A DNA stretch of 63,006 bases, counting the filler, from Syncephalis fuscata S228 (Eukaryota > Fungi > Zoopagomycota): NCBI GenBank assembly GCA_025786725.1. It is 4 parts of 4 records of this genome, joined end to end, with 100 filler letters (N's around TTAATTAATTAA, not from the genome) between each part and the next. Parts side by side here need not be neighbours in the genome. Positions count along the whole stretch, not along the records: positions 1 to 26,989 come from JAHLTZ010000107.1; 3 more parts are not named here. One strand, 5' to 3'. Below the pieces are notes generated by a model. The model saw only the letters and a program-made list of their open reading frames with translations, ran no database searches and was not told where the DNA came from. The stretch's first letter is position 1, and the number at the start of each line of letters is the position of its first letter. Made by a program: the position numbers and the translations under genes. This document shows, in pieces, positions 13,572 through 24,040 of the stretch.

Positions 13572-14187
13572 GAGGGAGGGGGGTATTGTAACAAAAAATT
13601 CTCCCTCTCATTTATTATTACCATTTTTAGACATTATGATCGGTGTTTAAACACACCGATCATCACACATGGTCCACGATGAAGTTAACACTCCGCCACC
13701 GCGTATTGTTTTATCTTTATCTTTTATTTTCTTTTATTTTTATTTTATTTTCTTTTATTGTTCTACTTAGATATTCCATATATCCAATAGAACAATATAA
13801 ATACGCGTATGATTATGACCACAAATAAAGACATTAGTTCACTTTCAATATTCATTTTTATTTATATACATTATTGTATTGTGACTCGTAGTAACCGCAA
13901 CAGTTCGCTGTATTACGTTACATAATGTCTTTATTTGTGGTCATAATCATACGCGTATTTATATTGTTCTATTGGATATATGGAATATCTAAGTAGAACA
14001 ATAAAAGAAAATAAAATAAAAATAAAAGAAAATAAAAGATAAAGATAAAACAATACGCGGTGGCGGAGTGTTAACTTCATCGTGGACCATGTGTGATGAT
14101 CGGTGTGTTTAAACACCGATCATAATGTCTAAAAATGGTAATAATAAATGAGAGGGAGAATTTTTTGTTACAATACCCCCCTCCCTC

Positions 14188-17100
14188 TCAGGCGCTTGTC
14201 CCAAGTGCTAATCGTATGTGTGTGGAGTGTTCGTATTGATTTAATAGTTCTTGAGCATTTTGCAAGTTTTCAATTGGCTCCCAAGAACTGTCATCTTTTG
14301 AGTATCCTTTCCATTTTACTAAGTATTCCTCCACGTCATTCATCCCCACTTTTCTTGTTCTTCTACCTATTATTCTTTCCACTTCCCACTCAGCTTGTCC
14401 TTCAATCATTTCTGGCATAGGCATAGTAATTGCCGTTGGTCGTCCTGGAAATACGTTCGGATCTTTATACCTGGTAAGCTGAGAGATGTGTATAACTGGG
14501 TGAATGCGCATGCCTGGTGGTAGTTCGATCTTGTACGCGGTCGGACTAATGACCTCTATGATAGTGTACGGGCCAGTTTTACGCGTACGAAGGGCGGAGT
14601 TTGACTGTTCTGCTACGTGTCGTGGCATTGTGTGTCGTGTTGACAGCATTACTCGATCACCTATTTGGAAGGTGTCATCTCGACGTCGTTGGTTAGCATA
14701 TTGTGCCTGTCTATCCTGAGCGTACGATATGTTGTCTTTTACCGCCTTTTGTATCGCTTCTAGTCGCTGTAAAAACTCCTCAGCTGCTGGTACTGTTATA
14801 TTATCGCTATCAGCTGGCATAGTCGTTGTTATTGGATGACGTCCATATACAGAGAAGAAAGGTGTAATACCAGTAGTAGCGTTAGTACTATTGTTATAGG
14901 CAAATTCTAATGCAGGTAAGTATTTATCCCAATCATCTTGTTGTTGGCTAATAACATGACGTAACATTTCTTCGATGGTTCTGTTGGTTCGCTCAGTCTG
15001 GCCGTCAGTCTGTGGATGATTTGCAGTTGATCTGGCTAATTTAGTACCGGTAAATTCAAATAAGGCTTCCCAGAATCGGCTAGTAAATCGTGGGTCACGA
15101 TCAGAGATTATGGATCGTGGAAGACCATGTAGACGATATACATGGTCGAAGTATAGTCGTGCGGTGTCAACAGCTGTGACAGTGTTGGTAGTAGGCACGA
15201 AGTGGGCTTGTTTACTAAAGCGGTCAACTACTACCATTAACGCATCTGCACCTTTTTCAGTGAGTGGTAGATGTGTAATAAAATCCATACTAACTGAGTC
15301 CCATGCATGTGCAGGTATTTCAAGTGGTTGTAATAAGCCACCTGGTCGTCGATTAGTGGCCTTATTACGTTGGCAAGTATCGCAGGAAGTGACATAGCGG
15401 TGGACGGTGTTGTGTAGTGATGGCCAGTAAAAATGGCGATGAATAGCCAGGTATGTTTTATCTACACCTAGATGGCCGGCTACGATGGCATCGTGATGAT
15501 CGTGTAGTATATCTTGACGTAATTGGTTATTTTTAGGTACACATAATCGATCACCGTTGAAATATAACAATCCATCAGTTAGTCGATACTTGACTAACTT
15601 GGTACGAAGAGCTGGAAGTGGCGTTGTCGTATTAAGCTGGGCGTATATTTCACCAAAGTCAACATCGTTGGCGTACAAGTTTTTAATTTGATCAATATAT
15701 GTAAAACTGACAGTAGTTAAACTGGACAGTTGTAAATCAGGCCGTCTGGATAATGAATCGGCTACAATATTGTTTTTCCCGGGCTTATATTCGATCAATA
15801 CGTCATATTCTTGTAATAGTTCTGACCATCTTGCTTGTCTGGTTGATAAATTCGGTTGACTCTGGAAGTACTGCAAGGTTTTATGGTCAGTATACGCGTG
15901 AAATGACGATCCATGTAAGTAGTGGCGCCAAATCTTTAAAGCATCTATTAATGCTAATAGTTCTTGTTCATGTACCGGATAATTGCGTTCAGCGGGCTTC
16001 ATTTTGCGCGAATGATAAGCAATGGGGTGCCAATGGCCATCACGATCTTGCTGCAACAAGGCAGCACCTACAGCAAAGCCAGAAGCATCGGTTTCTACAC
16101 GGAAAGGCTGATGTACGTCGACTATTTGTAATACTGGAGCTTGGGTCATTGTCTTCTTTAGTATATCAAATGATTTTTGAGCTTCAATGGTCCATAAGAA
16201 ACGACGATCTTGACATAGTAGATCGGTAAGTGGTGTGGCTATAGCAGAGTAATTTTTAATAAACTTTCTATAGTAGTTGGCCAAGCCTGTAAAAGCGCGT
16301 ATATCAGTGACGTTTCGTGGTGTAGGCCAATCAGAAATGGCCTTTATCTTAGCTGGATCAGCTTTTACACCATTAGCACATAGCAAATGGCCTAAATATT
16401 CAACTTCATCCTTAAATAATTCACATTTTGACCATTTGGCGTATAAGTGGTTGTCGCGAAGTATTTGTAATACTTGGCGTAGGTGTCGTTCGTGGTCTTC
16501 TGGTGTTTTACTGTAGATGAGAATATCGTCCAAATAGACAATAACACATTTGTCTAGTAATGGCCTAAATAGATAGTTTACCAGTGTTTGAAAACTGGAT
16601 GGTGCATTACTTTGACCAAAACTAACTACTAGCCATTCAAAGTGACCATAGCGGGTGCGAAAGGCCGTCTTGGGTATATCCTCTTCTACTACACGTAGTT
16701 GATGATAAGCAGAGCGTAGATCTATCTTAGAAAAGACAGTTGCGCCTAACACTTGGTCGAATAAATCTTCAATCCTTGGCAATGGGTACTTGTTCTTGAT
16801 AGTGATTTTATTCAGCGCTCGATAATCAACACACATGCGCATACCACCATCTTTCTTCTTGACGAAAAGAACAGGCGCACCGTAGGGCGATATACTAGGA
16901 CGAATATATCCCGCGTCAAGTAATTCGGTAAGTTGTGTTTTAAGTTCTTTAAGTTCCAGAGGGGACAATCGGTATAAGGCGTTACTGGGTGGTGTTGCGC
17001 CTGGTATCAAATCGATACGATGATCTAATCCATCACGTTTTGGCGGCAATTGTTTCGGTAGTTTGTCGGGAAATACGTCAGCAAAGTCGTTGCGTAATCC

Positions 17101-17840
17101 AGTCAATACTGGAGTGATGGATGGGTCATTTGAGTGATTAGCAACTTCATTTAGCGGATTATCGGCTGGTCGTACAATGGCTAGATGTAATTCATCTGTT
17201 CGTTTAGCATAGCGTTTAAATTGCAAGGCAGATAATGGCAATATGGTTGGTTGTCTATGTGCATTTGCTTGCCATACAATGTGTCGATTATCATGCATAA
17301 ACGTAACAGTGTTAATTAACCAATCTATCTGTGGATTATAGCGGGCTAGCCACGGTTTACCGAGTATTACGTCGTGTTCTAAAGGAACAACCAAAAACGA
17401 TAAACGGTCTTTGTAACCAGTGGAAGTAAGGAGCGCACCAGCCAGTTGGCGGTCACACGTATACGAACGGCCATCTGCCACGTGTACGGTCGATGGGTAT
17501 TTAACTTTATGGTGTGTGCGCGAATATGTTTCACAAGATTTGCGGATACAAAGTTATCAGCTGCTCCACTATCTATTAGTACCGTAACTTTTCTACCTAA
17601 TAAACGAGCATTGATACGTAATAAATCGTGAGCGTGTGGATATTTTGACAATAAACTTTGTTCCTTTAAAAGTGCATCAGTGTCATCAACAACATTAGCA
17701 TGAGGAAATAATGGCGCAGAAACAAGCAATTCATCATCAGAAGTAAGCGAGAGAAGATCGGGGGTGGCATCAACAGAAATAGTATTTAGTTGGGCACCAG
17801 TAGGTTGTGATGCTGACACTACTGGTGCTGGACTTTTCCC
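14188..17840 (-). CDS. pol: Family B Pol, copy B2, with a 1-bp deletion near 17511
   Basis: Near-identical to B1 pol; tttatggtgtg versus tttatgggtgtg splits it into ORFs 17379-17855 and 14188-17481. Confidence 0.9.
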
Positions 17841-19003
17841 GTATTCAAAGGACAAAAACGCATGATGTGGCCATATTGGCGACAGCGGAAACAGCCGCCG
17901 TTTTGTCGTAACGTTTCGCGTTCAGCATCAGTGAGTGGAGGTAACCGATTAATGGTGTCTAGTTCCATTGGTATAGGGCCATTTCTTGGTTGTGTGTTAA
18001 TCGGAGGGCGAAACTGTTGTTGTTGCGTTGGACGAGGTGTGTTATGGCGAACGTTGTTAGTTGATGATTTGCCAATGTACTTGCGTAACGAATCAAAATG
18101 AGTAGCCACTTCTATGGCTGATTGTAATGTAGACGGTGTAGCTTTTTGTACTTCGTATTTAACTTCGTGATTCAGTCCATTAATAAACATAATACGTAAA
18201 GCTAACTGCCACATTTCGGAATCAGGCATAGGAAAAGTGTGCCTTAAATTGTTAAATTCTAACGTATAATCATTGACACTTTTGTTGGCTTGTCGTAACA
18301 TGTGAAGACGACTAAAAGCGTCTTCTTCTACCGAAGTACCGGGACAGATGTGTTGGCGTAGTGCGTGAGCAAACGCACTCCAAGTGGTATATGGATGACT
18401 ATAGTCACCGTCAGAGTGAATAGTATTACTCTGCCACCAACTAGAGGCAGTGCCATCTAAATAAGTGGCGGCTACTTCGATGCGTTCAATTTCATCAGGG
18501 ATATACCTGACATATTGCCGTGCACGGTACAACCAAGTCTCTACTGAAATATCCTTATCATTGCCGTTGTATCGTGGCGGGGCAGATGGACGAGCAGTAG
18601 GAGGGGCAGTGACAGAAGTAGATGGAATAGCGGCAATAGCAGCGGCAGTATTGGCAGCGGCAGTAACAACAGCATCGGCAGTAGCAGCATTATTTTGGGA
18701 CACAATTTGCGTTACCAAACTTGAAATAAAGTCAGCGTTGGTAACGAAACTTGTGTTAGGCAATTCTGGGTTCATAATGGGTGTTATTTCTTCTTGAGTA
18801 TCAGTAGTGTATTCGTTCGTGTGGCTTGTGATCGGTGGTTCGTACTGGGTATCGGTGTATTCGTTCGTGTGGCTTGTGATCGGTGGTTCGTACTGGTTAT
18901 CTGGGTATCGAAAGGTTACTGGTGGATCTTGGATGAGTTCGTCGGCGAAAGATTGACGGGCTTGTTCGTGGTCGAAGTATTTCGCACCACGTCGTTGGTT
19001 CAT
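17819..19003 (-). CDS. gag: Family B Gag, copy B2
   Basis: Protein identical to B1 Gag in the ORF track. Confidence 0.92.
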   Translation of the reverse strand: MNQRRGAKYFDHEQARQSFADELIQDPPVTFRYPDNQYEPPITSHTNEYTDTQYEPPITSHTNEYTTDTQEEITPIMNPELPNTSFVTNADFISSLVTQIVSQNNAATADAVVTAAANTAAAIAAIPSTSVTAPPTARPSAPPRYNGNDKDISVETWLYRARQYVRYIPDEIERIEVAATYLDGTASSWWQSNTIHSDGDYSHPYTTWSAFAHALRQHICPGTSVEEDAFSRLHMLRQANKSVNDYTLEFNNLRHTFPMPDSEMWQLALRIMFINGLNHEVKYEVQKATPSTLQSAIEVATHFDSLRKYIGKSSTNNVRHNTPRPTQQQQFRPPINTQPRNGPIPMELDTINRLPPLTDAERETLRQNGGCFRCRQYGHIMRFCPLNTGKVQHQ

Positions 19004-19399
19004 ATCACTGTAAGTCAAGGCAACGAGGTGGATAGGTTTAAACTACCCGTTGCTACCATATGTAACCGTAGATACAGCGAACTGTTGCGGTTACTACGAG
19101 TCACAATACAATAATGTATATAAAATAAAAATGAATATTGAAAGTGAACTAATGTCTTTATTTGTGGTCATAATCATACGCGTATTTATATTGTTCTATT
19201 GGATATATGGAATATCTAAGTAGAACAATAAAAGAAAATAAAATAAAAATAAAAGAAAATAAAAGATAAAGATAAAACAATACGCGGTGGCGGAGTGTTA
19301 ACTTCATCGTGGACCATGTGTGATGATCGGTGTGTTTAAACACCGATCATAATGTCTAAAAATGGTAATAATAAATGAGAGGGAGAATTTTTTGTTACA

Positions 19400-19515
19400 C
19401 ATTAGTTCACTTTCAATATTCATTTTTATTATATACATTATTGTATTGTGACCGTAGTAACCGCACAGTTCGCTGTATCTACGGTTACACTTAAATGCTC
19501 AAATTAATGGCCACC
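19400..19515 (+). repeat. Mirror copy of 8240-8358 (B LTR U5 fragment plus ~25 bp of C protease)
   Basis: cattagttc...cggttaca then cttaaatgctcaaattaatggccacc is the reverse complement of 8240-8358 with several small indels. Confidence 0.9.
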
Positions 19516-21165
19516 AATTGCATAATCAGATGCATCTGTAGTAACGATAAATGGTGCATTAACATTTGGTATAACCAATACCGGTGCTGTAACTATCGCA
19601 TTACGTAGTGTGTCAAATGCTGTTATTTTGATTATCTCCCATGTGAATGGCTCATCATTCTTAGTCAATTGACTTAAATGCCGTGCAGTATCAGCATATC
19701 CACGAATAAACCGTCTATAATAGCCAGTTAATCCGAGGAAAGAGCGCAGTTCTTTCAGATTGTTTGGTATAGGCCAATTTGCAATAGCCATTACTTTATC
19801 GTGTAGTGGTCTTATACCCTCGCCACTAACAATATGTCCCAAAAATTCCACCTCATCTTTACCAAATTCACATTTGCTTAATTTGGCATATAATTTGTTT
19901 TCTCTTAGTAATTGTAACACTTGCCGTAAGTGCCACTCATGTTCGGTATGATTTTTACTAAATATTAAAATATCATCCAAAAATACCACTACACACTTGT
20001 CTAGTAATTTATGAAATACATTATGCATTAATCGCATAAATACTGACGGTGCATTAGTCAATCCAAATCCCATCACCGTCCACTCATAATGCCCATAGCG
20101 CGTTCTAAACGCTGTTTTGTGAATATCATCCTCATTTACTCTTATTTGATGATATCCACTTCTCAAATCTATTTTTGAGAATACTTTCGCCCCATGTAAC
20201 TGATCGAATAATTCATCGATCAGTGGCAACGCATAACGATCACGAATTGTTTGTGCGTTTAACATTCTGTAATCCACACACATACGTAAATCACCTCCTT
20301 TCTTCCGCACAAATAGTACAGGTGCACCAAATGGTGATGTACTAGGCCTAATAAAGCCTTTTTCTAACAAATCATCGATCTGTTTCTTCAACTCGTCTAA
20401 CTCTTTCTTTGCCAGATGGTATGTAGGCCGAAATGGTGGCTGCTGATGTGGCACCAAATTGATACGTATATCAATGTCTCTTTTTGGTGGTAAACCAGGT
20501 GGTAATTCTTCTGGTCCAACATCGGCAAATTCACCCAACAATCGCGCGTAACGGCCATTTAACGATGTATCATTTTTTTCTTTGTTTTCTTTTATCATCG
20601 CTAATAAAATCATATCATTGGCTTCTGTTTGCTCGACTTCTTCTATTGACATGAATGAAGGCTGAATTTTGTCGGTAATTTCTAATGTACTTTTGGGTGC
20701 TGAATTACAATTAGAATTAATAACACCGGTCTTCCAATCTACTTGCGCTTCATGTTTTCTTAGCCATGGCATACCCAGCACTGCATTATAGTTGCCCAAT
20801 TTCATAATAGTAAAATCAATTTGTTCTTTCAGATAATTGAAAATAATAGGCACTTTATTAGCAGTACCAGATACACCGCACTCCATACCATTTCCCAACT
20901 TTACATTGGCTGAATTTGCTTGTTTCGTAACATGTACTTGAGCCCTCTTGGCAAATTCAATATCCATAAAGTTGGTGGATGCACCAGAATCGATTAATAC
21001 ATGGGCTGGAACACCATTGATTTTGAGTGCTACTGTAATTAAACCGGAGCTAGCGCGACCTTGAATGAGTGTAGACTGCTCAAATCCGGGTGGTATCGGA
21101 GTATTAGCGGCAACCTGGCCGTCAGTAAGTGTGCCGCACTTAATTACTGACGGTTGTCGTTTCCC
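19512..21165 (-). CDS. pol: Family A Pol N-terminal part (protease, RT), truncated
   Basis: Frame is open from the slippery site to [15 protein letters not shown]; RT FLDD; breaks off after TDASDYAIG. Confidence 0.92.
21107..21165 (-). promoter_or_regulatory. -1 programmed ribosomal frameshift signal of family A
   Basis: G_GGA_AAC (21165-21159); 5-nt spacer; stem 1 CCGTCAGTAA/TTACTGACGG; loop GCGGCA pairs with TGCCGC (21112-21107); pol is in the -1 frame. Confidence 0.9.
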
Positions 21166-22010
21166 TGAATTACGTTGTTGTTTGCTTGGACGTCGACATT
21201 TGTTGATTGTAAATCTAAGCTGTTAGATTGCTGTTGATTGTTGTTATCGCGGTTATTGTAATTACGGTTGTTATTGCGATTACAATTTCTGGCTAGATGG
21301 CCACGTTTGTTACATGTGTAACATCTAGGCCCGTTATTGTAATTTTTACGGTTATTGTAATTACTGCTGTTGCTATTATTAATAAAACCTAAACTATTTA
21401 AAGCTTGGACTATAGTATCTAAATCCATTGGTGTTGGGCCGTTATTAGATTTAGTTGGTGGTGGTATTAAGTGTTGTAATCCATGTTTCCTTGAGTAATA
21501 GAAAGCACGTGTGGAAGCGTAAGCTTCGTTGATATTGGTGGGTTTATTATGTATCGAATCGGTTAAGTATTCCGGCGGCAATGTAAGTCGAAATGCCGTA
21601 ACCAATTCCATGTCAGCGGCATCTGGAATTCGACTACGCAGTGCTGTGAAATTTGTAATATGTTCTTCAATGTCTTTATCTTCTGTCCAGCGCAATCGTG
21701 TGAGTTCCAAACGCGCGATGTCCGCTGATCGATTGCCACCAAAACGTTCTAAAATTCCGTCCCTTAGTTGTTCCCACGTGCTATATGGCGTATTACCGCC
21801 GCGTATCGATTGATACCAAACTGCCGCTGGTCCCGATAGTTGTTGGGACGCCATTATACGTTTTTGTTCGTCTGTAAATGTACCCAATTCCCATGCGTCT
21901 TCTACCATGTTACACCAATGTTCCACAGGCAAACTGGAATCACCGGTGAACTTTTCGGTGTGTGTGAGTGGTGAGCGGGAATTCGGTGAGAATAAAATCG
22001 GTCTCAACGT
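21144..22010 (-). CDS. gag: Family A Gag (capsid plus CCHC zinc knuckle); start codon unclear
   Basis: EKFTGD...W capsid motif, PTPMDLD, and [14 protein letters not shown] knuckle. Confidence 0.9.
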   Translation of the reverse strand, partial: TLRPILFSPNSRSPLTHTEKFTGDSSLPVEHWCNMVEDAWELGTFTDEQKRIMASQQLSGPAAVWYQSIRGGNTPYSTWEQLRDGILERFGGNRSADIARLELTRLRWTEDKDIEEHITNFTALRSRIPDAADMELVTAFRLTLPPEYLTDSIHNKPTNINEAYASTRAFYYSRKHGLQHLIPPPTKSNNGPTPMDLDTIVQALNSLGFINNSNSSNYNNRKNYNNGPRCYTCNKRGHLARNCNRNNNRNYNNRDNNNQQQSNSLDLQSTNVDVQANNNVIQGNDNRQ

Positions 22011-22100
22011 GTACTATATACTGAATCGTAATTTTAAAACAGCGGTGCTTATTTTCAAACACTGATAAGCAAAAATAAAATAAAATTGAAAAGAGGACAA

Positions 22101-22274
22101 TGCGACAAACGCGATATACGGTGCGACAAACGCAAAATAACGGTGCGACAAACGCAAAATAAACGGTGCGACAAACGCAAAAATAAACGGTGCGACAAAC
22201 GCAAAAATAACGGTGCGACAAACGCAAAATAAACGGTGCGACAAACGCAAAAATAACGGTGCGACAAACGCAAA
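22101..22274. repeat. Tandem array of 8 units of 21-24 bp in the family A leader
   Basis: Core (cgg)tgcgacaaacgc followed by a variable A-rich tract, with cores starting near 22101, 22122, 22144, 22167, 22191, 22214, 22237 and 22260. Confidence 0.95.
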
Positions 22275-22300
22275 TACTAGTAACTACCCGTTGCTACCAA

Positions 22301-22471
22301 TGTAACAACCGTAAAATAGGATATAATGGAATAAAGATTATCTTTTATTAAACAGAAATTGTGTGTTATTTATAAGCTTTGCGGAGCTTTAATTTAAGGT
22401 GTTGTGGGAAAATAATTGCATAATATTTAAATTATACAATTATTTCCCGTAACGAATATAATATCGTTACA
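22301..22471 (-). repeat. Family A 5' LTR (171 bp)
   Basis: Matches 1606-1776; the PBS begins 1 nt from its end. Confidence 0.95.
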
Positions 22472-22650
22472 GGATGTTATTTCTTTTTGTGACAGTAGTA
22501 TTCGTTGGTGAAACTTGTGATCGGTTGTTCGTAATGGGTATTGGTGTGTTGAGAAATCACTGGTAGATCTTGGATGAGTTTGTCAGCAAAAGCGGGGCTT
22601 GTTCGTGGTTAAAGTATTTAGCACCACGACGTTGATTCATATCTGTTGTA
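22472..22650 (-). pseudogene. Diverged relic of a family-B-related gag 5' region
   Basis: Aligns by eye with 18779-19015 (gatcttggatgagtt, gggcttgttcgtgg, aagtatt..gcaccacg.cgttg.ttcatatc; encodes [10 protein letters not shown]). Confidence 0.8.
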
Positions 22651-23293
22651 GTAAACAGTTGGTTCAATAGGAAACAATTGGATATGAGATAAATGGATAA
22701 TGATTTTGTTTATGTAGTAAATTGTTGCTGTATTTATAGCAATGTAAGTGTATGTAGAAAATACTCGTTTCATTGTAATGGAATGTTGTCGAATGTTTAT
22801 TGATGTCATAGGACATCAAAAACATTGGGAAATCTAGATTTCATATTTTGCTTACTATATTTAGTAATTATGATCGGGAAGATCAGGGTGACGTAATAAT
22901 CCCAAATGTCATAAATGCTGAGTTGTGAATCTAAAAATAGAATTTTAACAAAAATAAAGTAGCTGATAATGCCTATTAAAAATACTAAATTATGTGCTCT
23001 TTTATAGTAAAATGAGCTAAGATTAAGAGGTATTTGTAAAGAAAGAACTTGTTTGTTCCTTCCTTTTAATATTGTATATGGGTATTAAGTTACTTAAAGT
23101 AAATTAGTACCCATGTTCTGTACTTAATATGTTAGTTGGGGGTACTAGCCGCGTGTTAAGTAAAAGCTACACAAATGTTGTACCTGACTAGATCACGTGA
23201 CTAGATGCCAAATTAATTATAATTACCATATTTGGTAATAGATAAATAATTCAATCATGTGATCAAATTATTATTATTAGTGCCTTCGTAACA

Positions 23294-24040
23294 ATGTGAT
23301 GGTGGCGTCCACGTCATTTTGAACCACAGCGATAGCATATGTGGGGTATAGATTTTTTGCCGTTGTTTTTGGTGCTATACCAAAGACCAATTCGAATGGC
23401 GAATAACCAATAGTGTCTTGTCTTCGACTGTTATATTGGTGGGTGATTTGCGGTAGTAATCGATACCAATGTGTCGTGGATGGTCGATCGGTGGCATATT
23501 TAGCTAATAGTTCTTTGAGTTTACGATTTGTGCGTTCAACTAGTCCATTAGTTTGAGGGTGATATGGGCTAGATTATGCGTGTGTAATGTCGTGTTTTTC
23601 TAGCAATTTTTTTACTGATCCAGTAAATTCTTTACCATGATCTGTAAGTATTTCAGACGGAATACTGTGACGATTCAAAATTTCTCTTCAATAAACTGAG
23701 CAACTCTAGCAGCTGTATTGGCTCCGATAGCTCTAGTTTTAATCCATTTGGTCAGATAATCGATAGCAACAACAATGTATCGTTTGTTGGTTGAACTACG
23801 AGGTAGTGTAATTAAATCAATACCGAACCGGTGAAATGGTGCAATAATGGGTATTGGTTTTAATGATTGTACGTGTCGTATTTGCGTCCTTAATTGGCAG
23901 TTACAACAGCCTCGAATATATGCTTGTATATCGCTGTCCATTTATGTCCAAAAATAACGGCGTTTAATTAATTCACACGTACTATGATTGGCAAAGTGTC
24001 CTGCTTCATCATGGTGTAGTTGTAATAGTGTAACTAATAT
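23294..24040 (-). pseudogene. Degenerate Gypsy-type integrase relic from a lineage different from A/B/C
   Basis: HHDEAGHF...RRYFW, CCNCQ, PFHRFGIDL, VAIDYLTKW, TDHGKEF, PYHPQTNGLVER and SPFELVFG motifs spread over frameshifts and stops. Confidence 0.85.

Larger units (their letters stand above)
8359..13922 (+). mobile_element. Full-length Ty3/Gypsy chromovirus family B, copy B1, apparently intact
   Basis: 5' LTR 8359-8697 (339 bp), PBS 8700-8718, gag 8755-9939, pol to 13571, PPT ~13570-13583, 3' LTR 13587-13922; 5-bp TSD TAATG at 8354-8358 and 13923-13927. Confidence 0.97.
13923..19399 (-). mobile_element. Family B copy B2, inverted relative to B1; its 3' LTR is split by B1
   Basis: 5' LTR 19061-19399, PBS 19040-19058, gag 17819-19003, pol 14188-17840, PPT ~14176-14189, 3' LTR part 13923-14172 (rest at 8265-8358). 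Confidence 0.9.
19512..22471 (-). mobile_element. Family A 5' part (copy A2): 5' LTR, PBS, repeat leader, gag, protease-RT, truncated in RNase H
   Basis: LTR 22301-22471; PBS TGGTAGCAACGGGTAGTT at 22282-22299; gag 21144-22010; pol from 21165; 19512-20291 duplicates 3659-4437. Confidence 0.93.

Noticed and set aside
2567-16516. Many short antisense or overlapping ORFs within the pol genes
   Set aside because: Shadow frames of long coding sequences with no motifs.
22101-22274. Repeat array next to a reverse transcriptase read as a CRISPR, retron or DGR-like system
   Set aside because: No unique spacers, no cas genes and no template/variable repeat pair; the RT is an ordinary Ty3/Gypsy pol and the array is in the element leader.
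1606-22471. One 20.9-kb family A element with everything else nested inside
   Set aside because: Flanks do not form a TSD (CATAA versus GGATG) and ~780 bp of pol occurs twice.
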